Shown piece after piece: positions 12,971 to 25,465 of a stretch of 64,000 bases of DNA. The notes beneath the pieces were generated by a model that was given only the letters and a program-made list of their open reading frames with translations, did no database searches and had not been told where the DNA came from. The number at the start of each line of letters is the position of its first letter. Positions within the stretch are counted from its first letter, which is position 1. The stretch is from positions 558,001 to 622,000 of the forward strand of contig NIVC01000006.1 of NCBI GenBank assembly GCA_002269645.1, read 5' to 3'. The DNA comes from Macrostomum lignano (Eukaryota). The translations under genes and the position numbers were made by a program.

Positions 12971-13636
12971 CCCATAGTCAGGAAGGTGGCAGTTTGGTCG
13001 GAAAATTCCGGCGCACACAAGCCCTTTTTGGGCACACAACGGCGCACAACGGCGCACAGCGGCGCGCCACAACAGCGCACAGCGGCGCACTGGCGCACAG
13101 CGGCGCACAACGGCGCACACCAGAGGACACCGGCGCATGGCGGCGCGGCGCGGCGGGCGCCGCGCCACATGCAGCGTTACCCTTGTGGCGATCCCATGTA
13201 ACGATGTAAGTCGTTACTTGTTACAGTACACTATTCACTGTTCTATCTAATGTAACACTGCATTCTACCAAAAAATAAAAAATAAAATAAAATATTTTCC
13301 TTTTCCTTTTTACCTTTGTTTTTGCCATTTGCTTACTTTTTATGTTTGTTTTGTTTTAAAAATTAGAAATTTAATTAAAAATTTTTTAAATTTCTATTTT
13401 CGGTTTAACGATCTCAATTTCTCATAATATAATATAGATAGCCCGTAACCGTCCCGTATATTGGCGCACAAAAATTGTTGCTATGTTGTAAAAAAAGGTC
13501 TTTTATTGTCGCAAGGCAGGTAGTGGCGGGCGCACAACGGCGCACACGAGGGTTTTTGTGTCGGCGCACGGCGCACAATTTTGGGAGAGGCCAAAATTTG
13601 TTCCGGCGCACACTCTGCCACCTTCCTGACTATGGG
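12971..13636. mobile_element. Non-autonomous MITE with 22-bp TIRs and 6-bp TSD
   Basis: TIR CCCATAGTCAGGAAGGTGGCAG at 12971-12992 and its reverse complement at 13615-13636, flanked on both sides by TTATGT. Subterminal CGGCGCACA repeats. Confidence 0.9.
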
Positions 13637-14399
13637 TTATGTCATGGCTTATATATGACCCTAGCAAAATTGACAATTGCTGAAAAATAGTTATATATGT
13701 CTAGGCCTAGTAATTGAAAATGAAATAGAGTTAAACAAGATTTAAATAATAATGCAGTAAGAGACAATATCTAGTATAGTAATAGTAGGCCTCTATAAAA
13801 ATAAATTATTATATATTTTGGTAATAATAATTAAATTTAGGCCCTATTGTTAAAGTTAGTATAATGATATATTATATTATTGATAAGGCCTATTATTCAA
13901 GGCTAGGACCTAGGCTAGGTCTAACCTATTTTTATAGGCCTAGGGCCTATCAATATCTTAATTGAAACTTTTTTTCCTAGCTATATTTTGCCTATTGTAG
14001 ACCTAAGCCTAGTCAAACCACTGGGACTTAGCTAGGTTGAAAATATCTATTATCTTCTTGCTAAGTTTATCTAATACTAATAGGCTACATTTTTATCTTT
14101 AGCCTTATATAAATGGTTTTTCTAAATAGTTTACTTTTAGTGCTTACAAGCTGTTAAAACCTGCGGATTTTGAACCTATGGAATTCTCATCCCCACAACT
14201 ATTTTTGCATGTATTCTACTATCTGAAGTCACACTAAAAAACTTGTTAATAGTTAGGATAGAGATAAACATAAAATGGAGTAAATTTATATAAAATTAGG
14301 CCTAAGATTTAAGGCAAGTATTTATTTTGCTAGTTGAGGTGCTATGCAGAATGTTAGGCAATGTCTGTTTGACTCTTAAACATGTATTGGCAGACTTTG

Positions 14400-15420
14400 G
14401 CCTCTGCCTCTCCCTCTTCCTACATCCCTTGGATCTTTTGAAACTTCTATTTTCTTTTCTTCTTTCTTCTTTCTCGTCTTTAGTATTTCCTCTCATCTTT
14501 TTTCTTTTTTCCTTTCTCTTTTCTACTCTTTTTCTCTCTCCTCTCTTCTCTTTTCTCATCTATCCTCTTTTATCTCTTCTTTCTATTCTCTTCTCACTCC
14601 TCACTCTCCCCTCTCTTAACACTTCCTTCTTCTCTCACTCTCTTCTCTCTTCTCTTAACTCTCTCCTCTACTCTCTTATCTCTCCTCTCTACTCTTTCCT
14701 TTCTCTTTCTTCTCTCTACTCTTTCCTTTCTCCCTTCTCCTTTCTACTCTCTCTCCATTCTCTATGACCAATGACCATTCTCTTTTCTCTCCTCTCTCCT
14801 GACTCACTTCTCTCTCCCTTTGTCTCTGCTCTCTCCTTTGGTATCTGTAATCTCATCTCTCTTAACTCTTACCTCTTATCTCTCCTTTTCTTCTCTACTC
14901 TCCCATCTCTTGTCTATTCACTCTTGTCTCTGCTCTCTTATCTCCTTACTCTCATCTGTAATCTTTACTCTTTTATATGTTCTTTCACCTCTGTACTCTT
15001 TCTTTCCTCTCTTTTGACACCTAACTTTTCTTTCTCCTTTCTTTTCTCTTCTCTTCCTTCTTTTGTACTCTCTACCTCTCTTGTCTCATGTCTTCTCTTT
15101 CTACTTTCCTTTCTCCTCCTTCATCTCTTATCTCTAATTTCTTATCTCTCCTTATATCCCTCTTATTTCTACAACCTTATCTCTTTCCTCTTCCCTTTAC
15201 TCTCATCTCCCCTTTCACCTCTCTCCTCTAATCTGCAGCTCTCTGCTTTCATCTCTACTCTCTTCTCTCCTCTCTACTGTCTTCTCTCTCATTGCATCTC
15301 TCTTATCTTACTTCTCTCTCCTCTCTTCTTCCCTGTCTGTCCTATTATCTATATTATATCTTATCCCCTCTCTTGCCGTAGCTCTCTTTCTAATCATCTA
15401 TTCCTTCTTTCCATGAGCTA
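14400..15420. repeat. CT-rich low-complexity tract
   Basis: Degenerate polypyrimidine; the ORFs here are compositional artefacts. Confidence 0.9.
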
Positions 15421-15859
15421 GATTCTTTATCTGGCCTTTAAGGTAAAAGTCTGCCCATCCCTGCTTGGAAAGCCAGTTTGTAGGATGTAGTACTCTCATG
15501 GTTGTTCTCAGGCTTAGATCATGTCATCTTTCTTTCTTGCCAATTTGCAGCCCTGAAAGGAATTTGTATATCTTCAGCTCCACTGCAGTCTGCATCAGTC
15601 TAACAACCAAGGAAATACACATTTCTTAGAAGGCCATTTAAATTTTAAAGTACCTTTAAGAGAAACCTTAAATTTCCATGGTATGACTAATTTAGTAGGG
15701 TTGTATTGCTTTGCATCAATTTTCATAAATCTTTCACTTTTACAAATGATGCTGGATTGTCTTGATTTGCCAATTGCCATCCACTGTTAAACTGTTGCAG
15801 AGTTTGCCAATATAGAGGGCAGTGGTTAGAATCTAGTCTAGTATTCTAAAAATAAAAAT

Positions 15860-15996
<137 letters not shown>

Positions 15997-16811
15997 TTCT
16001 TACTAAACTGTCATGGCTTAATGTAGCCTCTCCTCCAACTCTTGGGGTGCAGATAAGGCTTTAAATAAAGTTATTCTAAAACACTGTACATTGGCCATTG
16101 CTATGTATATTCAGCTCTATTGCCTGACCCTTGGTCTGGCTCTGGGGGAATGAGTGAGTGAGTGGCACAAACAACAGAAAAAGCAGACAAACTTCACATG
16201 CTTACAGTTTCTGTTCTGATTGAGTTAAAGAGTTGAAACTTTATATTTAGATAGAGAATGAGTCAATGAAGAATTGTGTCAAGTTTAAAGTCATTTGCTT
16301 CATATCGAGCAAACTTATGGCAGCGCTAAAAGTTAGTCAATTTTGAAACCCTTTTACATATCTGGGCCTAGATCGGGAAAGAGAGGCAGGCGGACAGAAG
16401 TTGCGTGGTTGCTATGCTGAAAAAAACAGCCTAACTTTAAAAGAAGAAGACAGAGAAAAAAGTCAAAAGGTAATCAAATTGATAAGACATTGAGGGCTAC
16501 AAATACATTTTGCACTGTCTACAAAATACTATGAGGGCTGTCCCAAAAGTAGTATTACTTTTCATTATATCTTGTAACAGGCCTTTTAGCTCTCTCTAGA
16601 AATCCTACTAATGCCACCAAAGTTGTCGTAGTGGTGCTCCTCTATGGTACAGAATCCCACCGCTTAGTCATTGTCAAAGGGCTAACCTTCTGTCTATAAA
16701 TAATGCCACCAAAGTTGTTATAGGGTACTCTTCTATTTCCTATTATTGAATATCCTATCACCAAAGTTATAACAGATTAATTCTTTTTACTGATCTTACT
16801 GGTTATTACTA

Positions 16812-16978
16812 GTAGCGTATGTACTTCTATTGGTAGCATATATACTTCTATTGGTAGCATATGTACTTCTATTGGTAACGTATATACTTCTATTGGTAGC
16901 ATATGTACTTCTATTGGTAGCATATGTACTTCTATTGGTAGCATATGTACTTCTATTGGTAGCGTATGTACTTCTATT
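16812..16978. repeat. 21-bp tandem repeat (GCATATGTACTTCTATTGGTA)n
   Basis: About 8 tandem copies. Confidence 0.9.
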
Positions 16979-17892
16979 GTACTTTCTGGCCTGAGCAGTC
17001 TTTAGGCACTGTCTATCCTATTCCTATACCCTTCTAAAGATATTATTCTCTGAGTCCTGGGCATTCCCTAGATCAGAGGGTCACAGCTTACTGGCTGGGT
17101 GGGTATTCTGCCCTGATGCGGGTTTCTCAGACCCTGTGGTAAGAATCCTGCCTTCTAAAGATGATTTCTCAGATTCTAGATCTAGATTTCTCGTTCTTCT
17201 GAGAATGGTTTGAACTCTCCCAATTTTGGGGCTTCTTAATGCTTCTACCTTACCTAAATAACTAAGTCAGTAAGTATTGAACAAGGCTTCAATTTTGAGA
17301 TACTAGAACAATTTCAAGCTTGAAGCAAGCAGCGGACAAGTTGGTTTCTTTCTGGTTCTGCTTGTGTATTTATACCCTTTTCTCAGTTTGGGTTAAAAAA
17401 ATTTCATAATATTTATAATATTTACAATATTACTGATATTATACTCATTAAAACAAAAATAGCCTAGTTTCAAATACAATACTTTCTAAGAAAAGGAGCA
17501 ATGCTAAATAAGGCCTATCTCATCTCTTGTTTTACTAATCCAAATAATATAATTTTGAATAGATTTATAGTCACAACTCTCCTTTTCATATTAACTTTAT
17601 TAGATCACTAAAAACAGACAATGGAAACAAAAATTATAAACTAAAATGCAGCGGGAACTTGAGCATAGACTTATAGGAAGTCAATAAGCTAGCAAAAAGT
17701 AGCTCATATTTTTGATTGAATATATTAAACTTCTTTGTTTAGCTACTGTGACAAACAGATATCTAAAAAAACTTGGAGAAGCATATAACTTTTAAAGCAA
17801 CAGAATATTTCAAACTGGGCTTCAGCTTTACTATTTAAGTGTAACACTACATTGTCTTTAGGCTAAAATGTTTTTTTACTATTTGTCATGCC

Positions 17893-18788
17893 GGGTTGCT
17901 TTCACAAGCCCTAAATTTCACAACGTCGCAAGACACAAACTTTCATAAGCTCTAAATTTCATAAACCCTAATTTTCACATCGTTGAAAAGTTGTGCACAG
18001 TATTTCATAAGCTCTAAATTTCACAAGCTCTAAATTTCACAACGTCAAAAACAAAACTTGCATCAGACTGCATAAACTATAAATTTTACAAGCCCTAAAT
18101 TTCACAAGCCATACTTTTCATAAGACCTAATTTTCACAACGTCGAAAAGTTGTGCACAGAATTTCATAAGCTCTAAATTTCACAAGCTCTAAATTTCATA
18201 AGCTCTAAATTTCACAAGCTCTAAATTTCACAAGTTCTAAATTTCACAATGTAGAAAAACACTATAGAGATACAATCTTTCACGAGACCTGAATTTCACA
18301 ATGCCTAAAAACGCTTTTAGACATTGTGAAATTTGGGTCTTGTGAAAGATTGTATCTCCATAGTGCTTTTAGGCGTTGTGAAATTTAGGTCTTGTGAAAG
18401 ATTGTATCTCCATAGTGTTTTTAGGCATTGTGAAATTTAGGTCTTGTGAAAGATTGTATCTCCATAGTGTTTTAGGCATTGTGAAATTTAGAGCTTGTGA
18501 AATTTAGAGCTTCTGAAAATAGAAGCAAATTTAATTTTCGACGTTGTGATATTTAGGGTTTGTGAAATTTAGGGTTTGTGAAATTTAGAGATAGTGAAAT
18601 TTAGGGCTTTTGAAAATCTGTGCATGCCTTTTAGGTGTTATGAAATTTAGGGCTTGTGAAATTTAGGTCTTGTGAAATCTGCTGCATTGCTTATTTTCGA
18701 CGTTGTGAAAATTAGGGTTTATGAAATATAGGTCTTATGAAAGGTTCTGGTTTCGACATTGTGAAAATTAGGGTTTGTGAAACGACCC
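17893..18788. mobile_element. Foldback/Mutator-like MITE with 9-bp TSD
   Basis: GGG...CCC termini. Long inverted arms built of CTAAATTTCACAAG / TTGTGAAATTTAG units. TSD TGTCATGCC at 17884-17892 and 18789-18797. Confidence 0.88.
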
Positions 18789-19900
18789 TGTCATGCCAAA
18801 ATATAGTGAAAAATAGTATTCTTTTACCCTGCTGCATACATGCGCAATAGTCGGCCAAGTCGGCCAATCTGGCCGACCAATTTGGTAGCCAATCATGGAA
18901 GTTGCAAAAATGCCCACCCGAAAAAATACCAAAGTAGTAGTACTAACTACTTTGTACAAGTCCCTACCCTCAAGGAGAGGGTAGGGAGAGGTGGGTAGAG
19001 AGAGGTTGTTAGGGAGAGGTGGGTAGAGAGAGGTTGTTAGCTGACGAGGCATTTTGACTTAATAAGACAGTCATAGTTACTCCTGCCGTTTACCAAAGTT
19101 GCGTTAATTTTGCTTTAGGGTTTTTTTACATGTAAGTCGCATTTTTGGCCAAAAACTGTCGCACTTTTGTAAAAACTAAGTCACATGGCCAACCAAATTG
19201 CCATGTTGCTCAGAGGAGTGTGATATATACCTAGGGCCCAGTTAAACTGAGATTCATGCTCAACTTTCATTGGCTCATGGATCTTAGCAGCCATTTACTG
19301 CAGTCATTTTGCAGCTTTCACTGCAGCCAGTTACCCATTTGTCAGCTGTCTATGGTTGAGCTCCTGCTACATTTTAGTTTATAACTTTTGTTCCATTGTC
19401 TATGTTTAATGATGTTTTAAAGTTAATATGAAAAAGAGTTTCCGCTATAAATCTGTGCAAAATTATGCTATTTGGATCAGCAGAATGAGAGATATAATGA
19501 AAAGTAACAATACTTTTGGGACAGCCCTCATATTCACAGCTGCATTCTTGCAACTATAGTTATCAAGAAAGAGTCCTAATACCCCATCTATAACATTTTT
19601 GCTAGGTATCACTAGGCTGGTTACACATTGCAACCATAGCAAGAAAGTTATAGGAAGTTACTCGTAGAATTTTTTTAGCTACAGATGTGGATATAGAAAA
19701 ATTTAAATAAATGCTAGCAATCTAGCATTATTACTCATGGCATCCCAGGTCCAAATTCAGGATGCAAAAATTAAATTTGATGTTTCATGACTCATGCTAT
19801 GATGCAAGCAACCCAGCTTTTATGCATGATATACTAAACTAAGCATATAAATTTCAATGTTTAACCACCACAGTTAACAGCTCAGCTAAACACAGCCAAC

Positions 19901-22900
19901 ATGCGACCAACAAAGGAAAGCCGCTCGGCCAGCAGCTGCACAAATGCTGGCACTAATTCAAAGTCTCCATCAAACAGTTCCTCTACTCGAGACAGCGCCA
20001 GCCCCCCTGCTCAGCACGGGCCCAGTGGTGGTGCAGGCTCCGTGAGGTTCAGCACTCAAAGTCCCCCTCTGATACAGCTGAGCCCTGCGCTGAGCCCACC
20101 GCCCTACGATCTCAGGGAGAGACCGCGGAGGCGCCAAATTTCTAGCTTAGGTAGGACCGAGCTGTGGCATTTTTATTGTATTATTATTATTATTATTAAA
20201 TGTATTATAATTGCTTGCATTTCTTTAACAATTTTCTTTCAGAATTAGCTAACGATTTTGTGCACCGATTAACACCCGCGCCAGGGAGTCCAGATGACTT
20301 TCTTGCTAAGGTAACGCAGTTTTCCTACCATTGTACTTTGCCTGTTAATTGCTTGACCTTTTGACCTTGTGAATTGCACTCCGCTGATCCCTGCTCAAAC
20401 TCAGTGAGACTTTGAAGCCCCCGCTGCTCAAACTCAGTGAGACTTTGAAGCCCCGCTGCTCAAACTCAGTGAGACTTTGAAGCCCCCGCTGCTCAAACTC
20501 AGTGAGACTTTGAAGCTCCGCTGCTCAAACTCAGTGAGACTTTGAAGCCCCCGCTGCTCAAACTCAGTGAGACTTTGAAGCTCCGCTGCTCAAACTCAGT
20601 GAGACTTTGAAGCCCCCGCTGCTCAAACTCAGTGAGACTTTGAAGCCCCCGCTGCTCAAACTCAGTGAGACTTTGAAGCTCCGCTGCTCAAACTCAGTGA
20701 GACTTTGAAGCCCCCGCTGCTCAAACTCAGTGAGACTTTGAAGCTCCGCTGCTCAAACTCAGTGAGACTTTGAAGCCCCCGCTGCTCAAACTCAGTGAGA
20801 CTTTGAAGCCCCGCTGCTCAAACTCAGTGAGACTTTGAAGCCCCCGCTGCTCAAACTCAGTGAGACTTTGAAGCTCCGCTGCTCAAACTCAGTGAGACTT
20901 TGAAGCCCCCGCTGCTCAAACTCAGTGAGACTTTGAAGCCCCCGCTGCTCAAACTCAGTGAGACTTTGAAGCCCCCGCTGCTCAAACTCAGTGAGACTTT
21001 GAAGCCCCCGCTGCTCAAACTCAGTGAGACTTTGAAGCCCCCGCTGCTCAAACTCAGTGAGACTTTGAAGCCCCCGCTGCTCAAACTCAGTGAGACTTTG
21101 AAGCCCCGCTGCTCAAACTCAGTGAGACTTTGAAGCCCCCGCTGCTCAAACTCAGTGAGACTTTGAAGCCCCCGCTGCTCAAACTCAGTGAGACTTTGAA
21201 GCCCCCGCTGCTCAAACTCAGTGAGACTTTGAAGCCCCCGCTGCTCAAACTCAGTGAGACTTTAAAGCCCCCGCTGCTCAACCTCTGAACTCAAAATCTC
21301 AAACTCAAAGTGGGTATTTTACCATCGATCCGCTCGCACAGACTCCGCCACCGCCGCCGCAACAGCCGCCTCCGAGAAAGCGGCGTCGAACCTCGGCCGC
21401 GTCGTCCAGTTCCTCATCAACAGTCAACAGCGCCAATGGTGGAGACGCCGCGACCGCTAGTGCTGGCAGTGGACTCGCCAGGTCAGAGACTGGCAGCTCT
21501 GCCAGATCCTCGGCGCACCGCTCAAGCCAGCAGCAGCAGCAGTTCCCAATGCACCCGCCCGCTGCCAGCGCCAGTCTGTGGCGATCCGCCTCCAGCAGCA
21601 GCGGCGTTGCCAACCAGCAGCAGCCGTCTGGGTGAGTGTGCGGAGAGGGAGAGATGAACAGGTGGATATTGAGAGGTGGGTAGGGAGAGGTGGCTAGGGA
21701 GAGGTGGCTAGGGAGAGGTGGCTAGGGAGAGGTGGCTAGGGAGAGGTGGGTAGGGAGAGGTGGGTAGGGAGAGGTTGTTAGGAGAGGTGGGTAGGGAAGA
21801 GGTGGCTAGGGAGAGGTGGCTAGGGAGAGGTGGCTAGGGAGAGGTGGCTAGGGAGAGGTGGGTAGGGAGAGGTTGTTAGGAGAGGTGGGTAGGGAAGAGG
21901 TGGCTAGGGAGAGGTGGCTAGGGAGAGGTGGCTAGGGAGAGGTGAATATTGAGAGGTGGGTAGGGAGAAGTGGGTAGGGAGAGGTGTGTAGGGAGAGGTG
22001 AGTAGGGAGAGGTGAGTAGGGAGAGGTGGGTAGGGAGAGGTTGTTAGGAGAGGTGGATAGGGAGAGGTGGGTAGGGAGAGGTTGTTAGGAGAGGTGGCTA
22101 GGGAGAGGTGGGTAGGGAGAGGCGGGTAGGGAGAGGGCAATGCCTAGGTCAGCAGTGCTATCCATCAAGCTGTTTCCGCCAAGCAGCACCGCCACTCCCA
22201 ACCCATCGATCACTCCAGCCCACAGCAGCAGTCTCTTGAACAGCCTCCGCCGCCCCCGCCGCTGCACCGGCTTCACGCAGCGGCGCCAGCCAGTCAGCAG
22301 CAAAGTCTGCCTACCCTGCTGCCCATCCCGCCGCCGCAGCAGTTCCGCACCGGCCAGGACAGCGGCGCCGGCTTCGTGTACGTCAGCCAGTTCTCCCAGC
22401 ACCGGCCGCCGACTGCCTATCACGTGACCGAAGGCTTCGACCTGCTGCCGGCAGCCTACTTGGACCAGTTTGGCGTGGCCAATTTAGCTCAGCAGCAGCA
22501 GACTCAGCAGCAGCAGCCTCAGCAGCAGCAGCCTCAGCAGCAGCAACAGTCCAGCAGCCGCAACTCAAGCCTGTTGCTTCATTTCCTGTCTTTACTGGAG
22601 CTAGAAGAAGAGACAAATTATCAGCAGTTGCAGTTGTACCAGAATCTGCACCAGCAGCAGCAGCAGCAGCAGGAGCAGCGCCAGCGTCAGTCAAGCAACC
22701 TGGACAGCCTGTTGCACCTGGCCGCTCAGGTGGGCGGCGCAGCAGCTGGCGGTGGCGCCGGTATCCGAGGCGCCGATCGGCAGGAGCTGGACAGCCGCCT
22801 GCCCGCCTACAGATTCGTGCCGGGCAGCCAGCGTCGCCGACGCGCCGCCACGGCCGGCAGCAGCTGCGTCGTCTGCCTGGCCGACTTCGAGGCCCGGCAG

Positions 22901-23035
22901 CAGCTGCGCGGCCTGGCCTGCGGTCACGAGTTCCACGCCCGCTGCGTCGACCGCTGGCTGAAGCAGAACCGGACCTGCCCGATTTGTCGGGCGGACGCGT
23001 TGAGCGGTAAGCCGCAGCGGCTGCAGCATCCGTGA
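19901..23035 (+). CDS. RNF44: RING-H2 E3 ubiquitin ligase, RNF38/RNF44-like (~496 aa)
   Basis: Exons 19901-20150, 20243-20310, 21342-21631 and 22153-23035 total 1491 bp, an open frame; the last acceptor was chosen by phase. NLS-like PRKRRRTS, LPAYRF, and C-terminal CVVCLADFEARQQLRGLACGHEFHARCVDRWLKQNRTCPICRADA, typical of RNF38/44. The 5' exons are less certain than the last exon. Confidence 0.85.
20391..21281. repeat. 33-bp intronic minisatellite (CTGCTCAAACTCAGTGAGACTTTGAAGCCCCCG)n
   Basis: Near-perfect tandem copies within RNF intron 2. Confidence 0.95.
21660..22136. repeat. G-rich (TAGGGAGAGGTGGG/C) minisatellite filling RNF intron 3
   Basis: Tandem ~14-bp units; a short copy of the same motif occurs at about 18980-19040. 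Confidence 0.92.
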
Positions 23036-23149
23036 CGATCGCAGCTGGCTGTGATGTGAACTGTACTTTGGGGGGGGGGGGGGCTCTCGGCTCTGGTCTC
23101 TTCTTCTCTCCGTCCAAAATTACCCGCAAGGAAATTTAGAAAAAGTTCT

Positions 23150-24130
23150 GAAAATTTGCCCCGCCCCTACCAGGAGAATTTTTTGCTTCTGAAAATTCCC
23201 CTAGAGAATGATTTTCTTCTGAAAATTCCCCTAGAGAATGTTTTTCTTCTGAAAATTCCTCTAGAGAATGTTTTTCTTCTGAACATTCCCCTAGAGAGTC
23301 TTTTGCTTCTGAAAATTCCCCTAGAGAATGTTCTGCTTCTGAAAATTTTTTGCTTCTGAAAATTCCCCTAGAGAATGTTCTGCTTCTGAAAATTTTTTGC
23401 TTCTGAAAATTCCCCTAGAGAATGTTTTGCTTCCGAAAATTCCCCTAGAGAATGTTTTGCTTCTGAAAATCCTCTAGAGATTATTTCGCTTCTGAAAATT
23501 CCCCTAGAGAATGTTTTGCTTCTGAAAATTCCCCTAGAGAATGTTTTGCTTCTGAAAATTCCCCAGGAGAATGTTTTGCTTCTGAAAATTCCCCTGGAGA
23601 ATGTTTTGCTGTAAACGAATCCCGTAGAAATTACTGTGCTGTGGAAGTTTCCTGAAGCATATTCTACTTTAAAAATTCCCCTTGAGAATTTTGTGCTTCC
23701 AAAAATTCCCCTGAAGAATGCTCGGCTTCTAAAAGTTCCCCTGGAGCATATTCTACTTCTCGAAATTCCCCTGGAGCATATTCTACTTCTCAAAATTTCC
23801 CTGGAACATATTCTACTTCTCAAAATTTCCCTGGAGCATATTCTACTTCTCAAAATTTCCCTGGAGCATATTCTACTTCTCAAAATTTCCCTGGAACATA
23901 TTCTACTTCTCAAAATTTCCCTGGAGCATATTCTACTTCTAAGAATTCCCCTGGAGCATATTCTACTTCTAAAAATTTCCCTGGAGCATATTCTACTTCT
24001 CAAAATTTCCCTGGAGCATATTCTAGTTCTCAAAATTTCCCTGGAGCATATTCTACTTCTCAAAATTTCCCTGGAGCATATTGTACTTCTCAAAATTTCC
24101 CTGGAGCATATTCTACTTCTCAAAATTTCC
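23150..24130. repeat. 30-bp minisatellite with two sub-arrays
   Basis: CTTCTGAAAATTCCCCTAGAGAATGTTTTG grades into CTTCTCAAAATTTCCCTGGAGCATATTCTA. Confidence 0.93.
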
Positions 24131-25465
24131 CTGGAAAACGTTGCAATTCTCAAAAACTTTCCGAAAAACTTCTTGCTCGTAAAAAAACCATCCTGATGGT
24201 TTATCAAATGGTTTATCGGTTAATTGTCTCGATGAATCCCCTGGAAAATTCTGGCTCAATAAATTCCCTTCTCTGCAAAGAGATCCGTAATTGCTATGTT
24301 CAGAAATTTGTTGCTTATTAGATAATGCACAGCTTACCATGTGATATGTTGCAGTAAAGGGATTTTCCCTCGCAGCAATTAATGCAGATATTGGTCCACT
24401 AACTGCTTAGTTAGTAGTATACACGCGTAAGATTCTTATTACAAAAAGCATGTTTTTAAACACAATGATAGATAAATATTGAAACACAGTTGGTGCAAAA
24501 TAAACTATTTCATTTTTATTGTGACTTCATTTTTTATTTAACGCGGATTTTCTATAATAGCGTACTACTAATGAGCAGTAGGTCAGTTGGCTTGTGCTGC
24601 TTGTAATTGTATTATTTGTTCATTATTTTGCCTCAGTAAGACTTGCGTTTTAAAAAATGATTCTTACTTAATTTAATTGACGCGCAAATTTTCTTTTGTA
24701 AATTAGTTATTAGTAATTCTACTACTATTATCGCTTGTCACATGACCGATTCTCATGTCATTTTGCGCTCCATAAAGTTGTTTACGATACATATCGGCAA
24801 TTTCACAATTTTTTGCAATGACCCTCTCCTACTTCTTACATCTCTCTTTCTTCCCTTGCATCTTTTCTTTTTAGACCCTTGCCTCATTTTTTCTCTTTCC
24901 TTTCTAAAACCATACTTTTGTAAATAGCTCATTTCTTGTTTTCATAATTAATTAGCTATATGCATCAAATCCAGCATGCCCTACCTAGATCCGACACTTA
25001 ATAATTGATTATATCTGTTGTTGAGCACTAATACATTAAACTTTTTGTAAGGTATTGTTACGACACAGCTCTTTTCCTGCCTCCTACTCATATTAATGCC
25101 TTGAAATATTTTAATCGAACTTTATTTATTTGTAGTATGTGGATATCTGGTTTCTCTCTGTATTGAATTTACTTCGCAAGCAAACTGTAAAGAAAACTTT
25201 TTGTTATAAACAAATAAAACAAGATTACATTAGTATTCATTGCACTTTTGAATAGTAAATATTATTTCTGTATTTTTATAAAAACCCATCTTTTACACGC
25301 GTATCGCTTTATTGCCGTGCGAACTTTATTAATTTATTGATTAATTGCGAAGCTAGCTACTAATGAGTAGTACATTTTAGTATTTAGAAGCCACGTCTAG
25401 TTTAAAATAGGATTCTTTGAGATAAAATGTGAAACACAATGAGAGCGCAATCGAGTTATGGCTGG

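Larger units (their letters stand above)
16532..19530. mobile_element. Mariner-type TIR-bounded non-autonomous composite element (~3 kb)
   Basis: TA|TGAGGGCTGTCCCAAAAGTA at 16530 and TACTTTTGGGACAGCCCTCA|TA at 19510-19532, with TA TSD. The termini resemble the CGAGGG TIRs of the other two mariners. No transposase was seen inside. Confidence 0.75.

Noticed and set aside
18540-18780. TTAGGG motifs as interstitial telomere repeats
   Set aside because: They are isolated parts of the foldback MITE unit, not tandem.
22140-22427. Track ORF as an RNF exon frame
   Set aside because: It ends in a stop; the acceptor at 22152 puts the exon in the RING frame instead.
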